Source: Callorhinchus milii (Eukaryota). Taken from it: a stretch of DNA of 64,000 nt. Positions 60,501 to 64,000 of the stretch are shown one piece after another (positions within the stretch are counted from its first letter, which is position 1; each line of letters opens with the position of its first letter). Made by a program: the position numbers and the translations under genes. The stretch is from contig NW_024704756.1 in assembly GCF_018977255.1 (NCBI RefSeq), forward strand, positions 8,184,001 through 8,248,000, read 5' to 3'. The notes below the pieces were generated by a model. It was not told the DNA's origin and did no database searches. It was given only the letters and a program-made list of their open reading frames with translations.

Positions 60501-63500
60501 TCAATATTTTACATTACTGAGACGTCTAGAAGACGTGAAAAGCGCTATATCAAATGCAAGGATTATTATTATAATTAGAAGTAGAATTCACTGTTTGGTA
60601 TTATATTTCTTGAGAGTTATTAAATGAAACAAAAAATTCTATTACTGTTGTCTTTGAAAAGATTATATGTAGAAATGTCAGGAATAAAGGCAAGTGATCA
60701 AGTCTCACTGAAGCTGATACTTTTTGAGTAGCCTGGAGTTTACTTTTTCTGCTTTTTCTTTTTAATATTATTTATTTTTTAATATTAGTTATTTTTATCC
60801 ACAAAGCAAGGCAGGAGGATTTTTTAAAATAATATACCTTTTCAAGTAAACTTCCAATTGTAAAATAATTGTTTTATGACCCATCTTGCGTCAAGAAAGA
60901 GAGTATGTGTGAGTGTTGGTGTGTGAAAAAGAAATGAAAGTAAATAATACTTCAGATCGAGGTGTCAAATCCAAGGTAACAAATGATGGGAAATGACTTT
61001 AAAAAAACAACCAGTAATGTGTTTCGCACAAATATCTCACATCAGTTACAAGTAGTTTTTTAACACAATAAACTAGAAGCAGTACTGTATCTCGAAGATG
61101 ATAGTTAGCCACCTCCTCACTCCAAAGTTTATGATCTATTAATACATAATCACATCCAATCGAATACTAACTAAACTATGCAAGGCTTGGAGGCATAGTA
61201 ACTGTAGCACACAATGGATTGTTTTCTCATGTTGTTAATATGCTACTTCATGCTTCTACTTCAGTGACCTTTATAGCACAAAAATTGTTATGTGCAGCAT
61301 GTCATTGAACGTATTCTGCAGGGATTAAGGCAGGACTGAACTTTGTCACTTGAACATTGAGTGGCGGTGCTAAGAATTGTCTGTTCCAGAATAGATATCA
61401 GTGTAGGGTTAAAAAAAACATATGATGAGCTCTTATTTACAATCAGTGCAGTTTGATTTTAAATGGGCTTAACAACAACAACAAAATTACATTTTCACTT
61501 CGGGAGTACGTCCCAAGTGGCTGGATAATCAATGTTTCGGACCTGAGCTGGAGATTGGGCGCGGGGAGGGCAGAGGGGGAAGGAGGGTGACCAAAGGCAT
61601 GGTCTTGAAGGAGGAAAGGGAAGGGTGAGGCGGAGGGACTGCGGGATGGAGTTCCAGAGCGTGGAGTCAGAGTGACAGAAGACCCATCCACCAATGGTGA
61701 TTCACTGTGTCGGTTATTAGATGAGTCAGGCCATTGTAAATTCCTCTTAAAATTACATTATTAGCTGACTAGAACAGTTATACCAAGAGATGTACTTTTG
61801 TCTGATGTGTCCAGAGATCCAAACTACATTATCTGGGCATGTATATGTGTATGACTTTAAGAGTTCAGTTCATTTCAACATTCTGAATTGTTTCGTAAAA
61901 TCTAGTCACGAGACATCAGTAATCAGTCAATAAAGAAGAAATGTGGTGTGACGTAGGTTTGAGTCTTGTTACAAACGTTACTTTAAACTAGCTCTCAATG
62001 CAGAACTTAAAAGGATACAAGTGAATTAGTTATGATAACATCTTTAAAGCCTTACCATTCTCTGCTGTGGGTTGTGAAGGTCCCTGTATTTATTTGCATC
62101 AACCAGATGTGCTCTGCTCACTTTCGTGCTGTTCGGCACAGGATAAGTTAAGTTAGCGTTTACATTTCCAGTTGAATTTTGTTTGTTTTAATCAAACAGC
62201 AGAAATGAAGATCATTCAAGGAAAAATAATGAATGTACTATCAACAAGATCTGATAAATTAAGAAATGGAGCACTGCTTTACCATAGCATACTATTATTT
62301 CCTACCGCATCTTATTTCAGCAATTGTGAATTAATTGAAGAAACAAAAACGATGAAGAAACATGTCTGGCGGTAATGACACCAGTCTACAGTTCTTAAAT
62401 CTTGCTATGGACAAGACTTTGCAGCAAACTAATCTGGTAAAAATGTTTAACATTGTACCTAAAAGCCTGTCAATAACATAGGCGAGAAAATAAAATAATT
62501 CACTACAATGTGCAGAACTACTGAGTTTATTTTCCGTGATGAAAATTATTCATTATTCTTCTGAATGAATCCAGGAAATAAAGAAATAATAATCTTTGTG
62601 TTTGATAACAACGACATCACTGATACAGTGTCTTTCACATAAGGAGGGCATCTACGAGCACTTCACAGGATTGACTGTAAAGTGTAGGGACTGAGTATTA
62701 TGTACGCAAATGTGGCAGCCAATATGTTACAATGTTCTACAAGCAGCCATGAAGTGAATGACCAATTATTTTCTGCGGGATTGTTGGCGAGGACACCAAG
62801 AGAAACTCCTTGCAATTCATTCCCTGTTACTGTTTGTTATTTCCAATATTGTTTTATCTCTTTAGGGTTCTGACCTTTGCTGGAATATGGCTCTATCTTA
62901 CCCAAGTAACCATGCTTCATATTTTTTTTGAATAATCAAGAATTTAGCTTCTTCTTAGAATTGAGTTGAAAAGGGTTTTAGCTATCATTTTAAATTTAAT
63001 TCTATTGACTAATTCTGCTTTGTAATATCTCCTTTTGAAATTAATAATAATAATTGTTACACTTGATATAATGCCTCTCACATCAAGAGGAAGTCTCAAA
63101 GCAGTTCACGTGATGTACTGCAAAATGGAGTGACTATTCTGTGGGCGAATGAGTGTGTCAAAGATGAAAAGGCACATCTATTCTTCAAGAAGTTATTCAC
63201 TGAAGAGATGTTCCTAAATATCAGATATTGGTTCAATGTTTTGATACAACAAACAACAAACACTGCTGTAATAATAGGAAAAGGGCATTTCAAAATATTG
63301 AACCCATCAGATGTAATAATGTTGCCACTGAACTGATTAGTTCTGGACAATTTACTATTGTACGCTTCAGTTCATGGTTAATCCTATGAAGACTAATAAC
63401 CACTGATGCACAACTCACCTTTCATTGACTCTTGCCAAGGCGTCTAGTTTCTGTTTCCTGTATACAAAGTGCATAGTGATGGCAACAATAAGAGTGAGAC

Positions 63501-64000
63501 AGACACCAGGAAGGACAGCCACTAAAATCAAGTCAAGAAAGCTCCATTCTTGGTCACAATAGGACCCCATGTACCAATAATCTCCGAAGGGGCCTTTAAA
63601 ATTTGAACACCTGTAAAATAAAATAAAAGAATTCACGATTTCAAATCTAATTGCTTTTGAACATGTTTTGCTTTGAGAAAGCTACAAAAATGAGAATTGA
63701 ATGATAGGTAGAAAAAAAAACAGGTGTCCCTGATTAAACAGCAATATACAATTGTTTGAATACTCACCTGAGAATATTATTTCCAGTTTTTTTTNAACCA
63801 CTTGCGTTCTATTTTTTTTAAATTGTAAAGTTTTTCTACACAACATCAAAAAGAATATTTTGAAGGAACTATTGTATAATCTTGTTAGCTTATTTGGTTG
63901 TTTATTTACCATGTGTATTTACCTGCAGTATTCTTTGTTGTCCTTACAATAACAAGGCATATGCTCTGGGCAAGTGTTCAACTTGCACCGTTCAAAGTCA
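57468..64000 (-). CDS. Unnamed type I membrane protein (EGF-like module, TM helix, cytoplasmic tail), transmembrane mucin/HEG1-like architecture; 5' part lies outside the window
   Basis: Exons >64000-63923, 63610-63419, 62128-62056, 59661-59585, 58476-58302, 57560-57468. All junctions are GT-AG and phase-compatible (2,2,0,2,0), giving one open frame ending RFNY*. Confidence 0.82.
57960..58255 (-). mobile_element. Old DeuSINE (SacSINE1-like)
   Basis: Reverse complement of the 12.2-kb family; GTTGGCCAGGACACCAGGAG. Confidence 0.72.
58302..58476 (-). CDS. Cytoplasmic exon (TYQPQPNMPESTFTNP...YNNAFQ)
   Basis: ttattttattcag acceptor, CAG|GTAAGC donor, phase 2 to 0. Confidence 0.75.
58890..59200 (+). 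mobile_element. Degenerate CR1 3' fragment
   Basis: Relic tail ...GAAGGCTATGGGAGAAG...GATGGGGCAAATGGCTTCTGTGCTG. Confidence 0.5.
59585..59661 (-). CDS. Cytoplasmic exon (SVVYSVAAPEESTFESSSWVPRANF)
   Basis: aaag acceptor (weak), CAG|GTTTGC donor; supplies the required phase change from 0 to 2. Confidence 0.6.
60518..60572 (+). mobile_element. SINE tail-only insertion
   Basis: GAGACGTCTAGAAGACGTGAAAAGCGCTATATCAAATGCAAGGATTATT. Confidence 0.85.
61471..61700 (-). mobile_element. L2 LINE 3' fragment
   Basis: Similar in layout to the L2 at 3725; tail shared with the young SINE. Confidence 0.75.
62056..62128 (-). CDS. Cytoplasmic exon (TKVSRAHLVDANKYRDLHNPQQRM)
   Basis: ctaac branch-like site, aacag acceptor, ATG|GTAAGG donor, phase 2 to 0. 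Confidence 0.72.
62585..62810 (-). mobile_element. Old DeuSINE (SacSINE1-like)
   Basis: GGCAGCCAAT...GACCAATT...GGACACCAAGAGAA. Confidence 0.68.
63419..63610 (-). CDS. EGF end plus transmembrane exon (CSNFKGPFGDYWYMGSYC...LILVAVLPGVCLTLIVAITMHFVYRKQK)
   Basis: ttttacag acceptor, AG|GTGAGT donor; hydrophobic helix followed by a basic stop-transfer stretch. Confidence 0.9.
63923..64000 (-). CDS. EGF-like exon, truncated by the window edge (DFERCKLNTCPEHMPCYCKDNKEYCR)
   Basis: Five Cys; CAG|GTAAAT donor, phase 2. Confidence 0.85.

Noticed and set aside
63768-63830. Consensus minus-strand donor CAG|GTGAGT in the EGF-TM gene intron
   Set aside because: The upstream sequence is A-run rich with no acceptor, and exons 63923 and 63610 already join in frame

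Overview
Vertebrate genomic DNA, most likely a cartilaginous fish and possibly a chimaera (inferred from shark-type CR1 tails and a tRNA-Ala/Deu-domain SINE). I reconstructed three spliced genes by hand from splice sites and frame continuity. (1) POF1B on + (12 supported coding exons, 7758-28354, plus a candidate upstream exon and a 3'-UTR exon). (2) A complete ZNF711 (ZFX/ZFY family) CDS on - (7 exons, 44722->37043, 800 aa), convergent with POF1B as on human Xq21, with a CpG-island promoter near 50-50.5 kb. (3) The 3' end of an unnamed single-pass membrane gene on - (6 exons, >64000->57468) encoding a 7-Cys EGF-like module, a TM helix and a ~150-aa cytoplasmic tail; this gene is mostly invisible in the ORF track. 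The remainder is SINEs, L2 and CR1 relics, an LF-SINE-like relic, simple repeats, a minisatellite and a 204-N gap. The best leads are the unnamed EGF-TM receptor and a possible multilayer dosage control of ZNF711: a hairpin-masked 89-nt poison exon, an overlapping uORF, and a cluster of ZFX-family motifs in its own promoter. SINE tail exchange with an L2 is also visible within the window. Family assignments rest on remembered sequences, not database searches.
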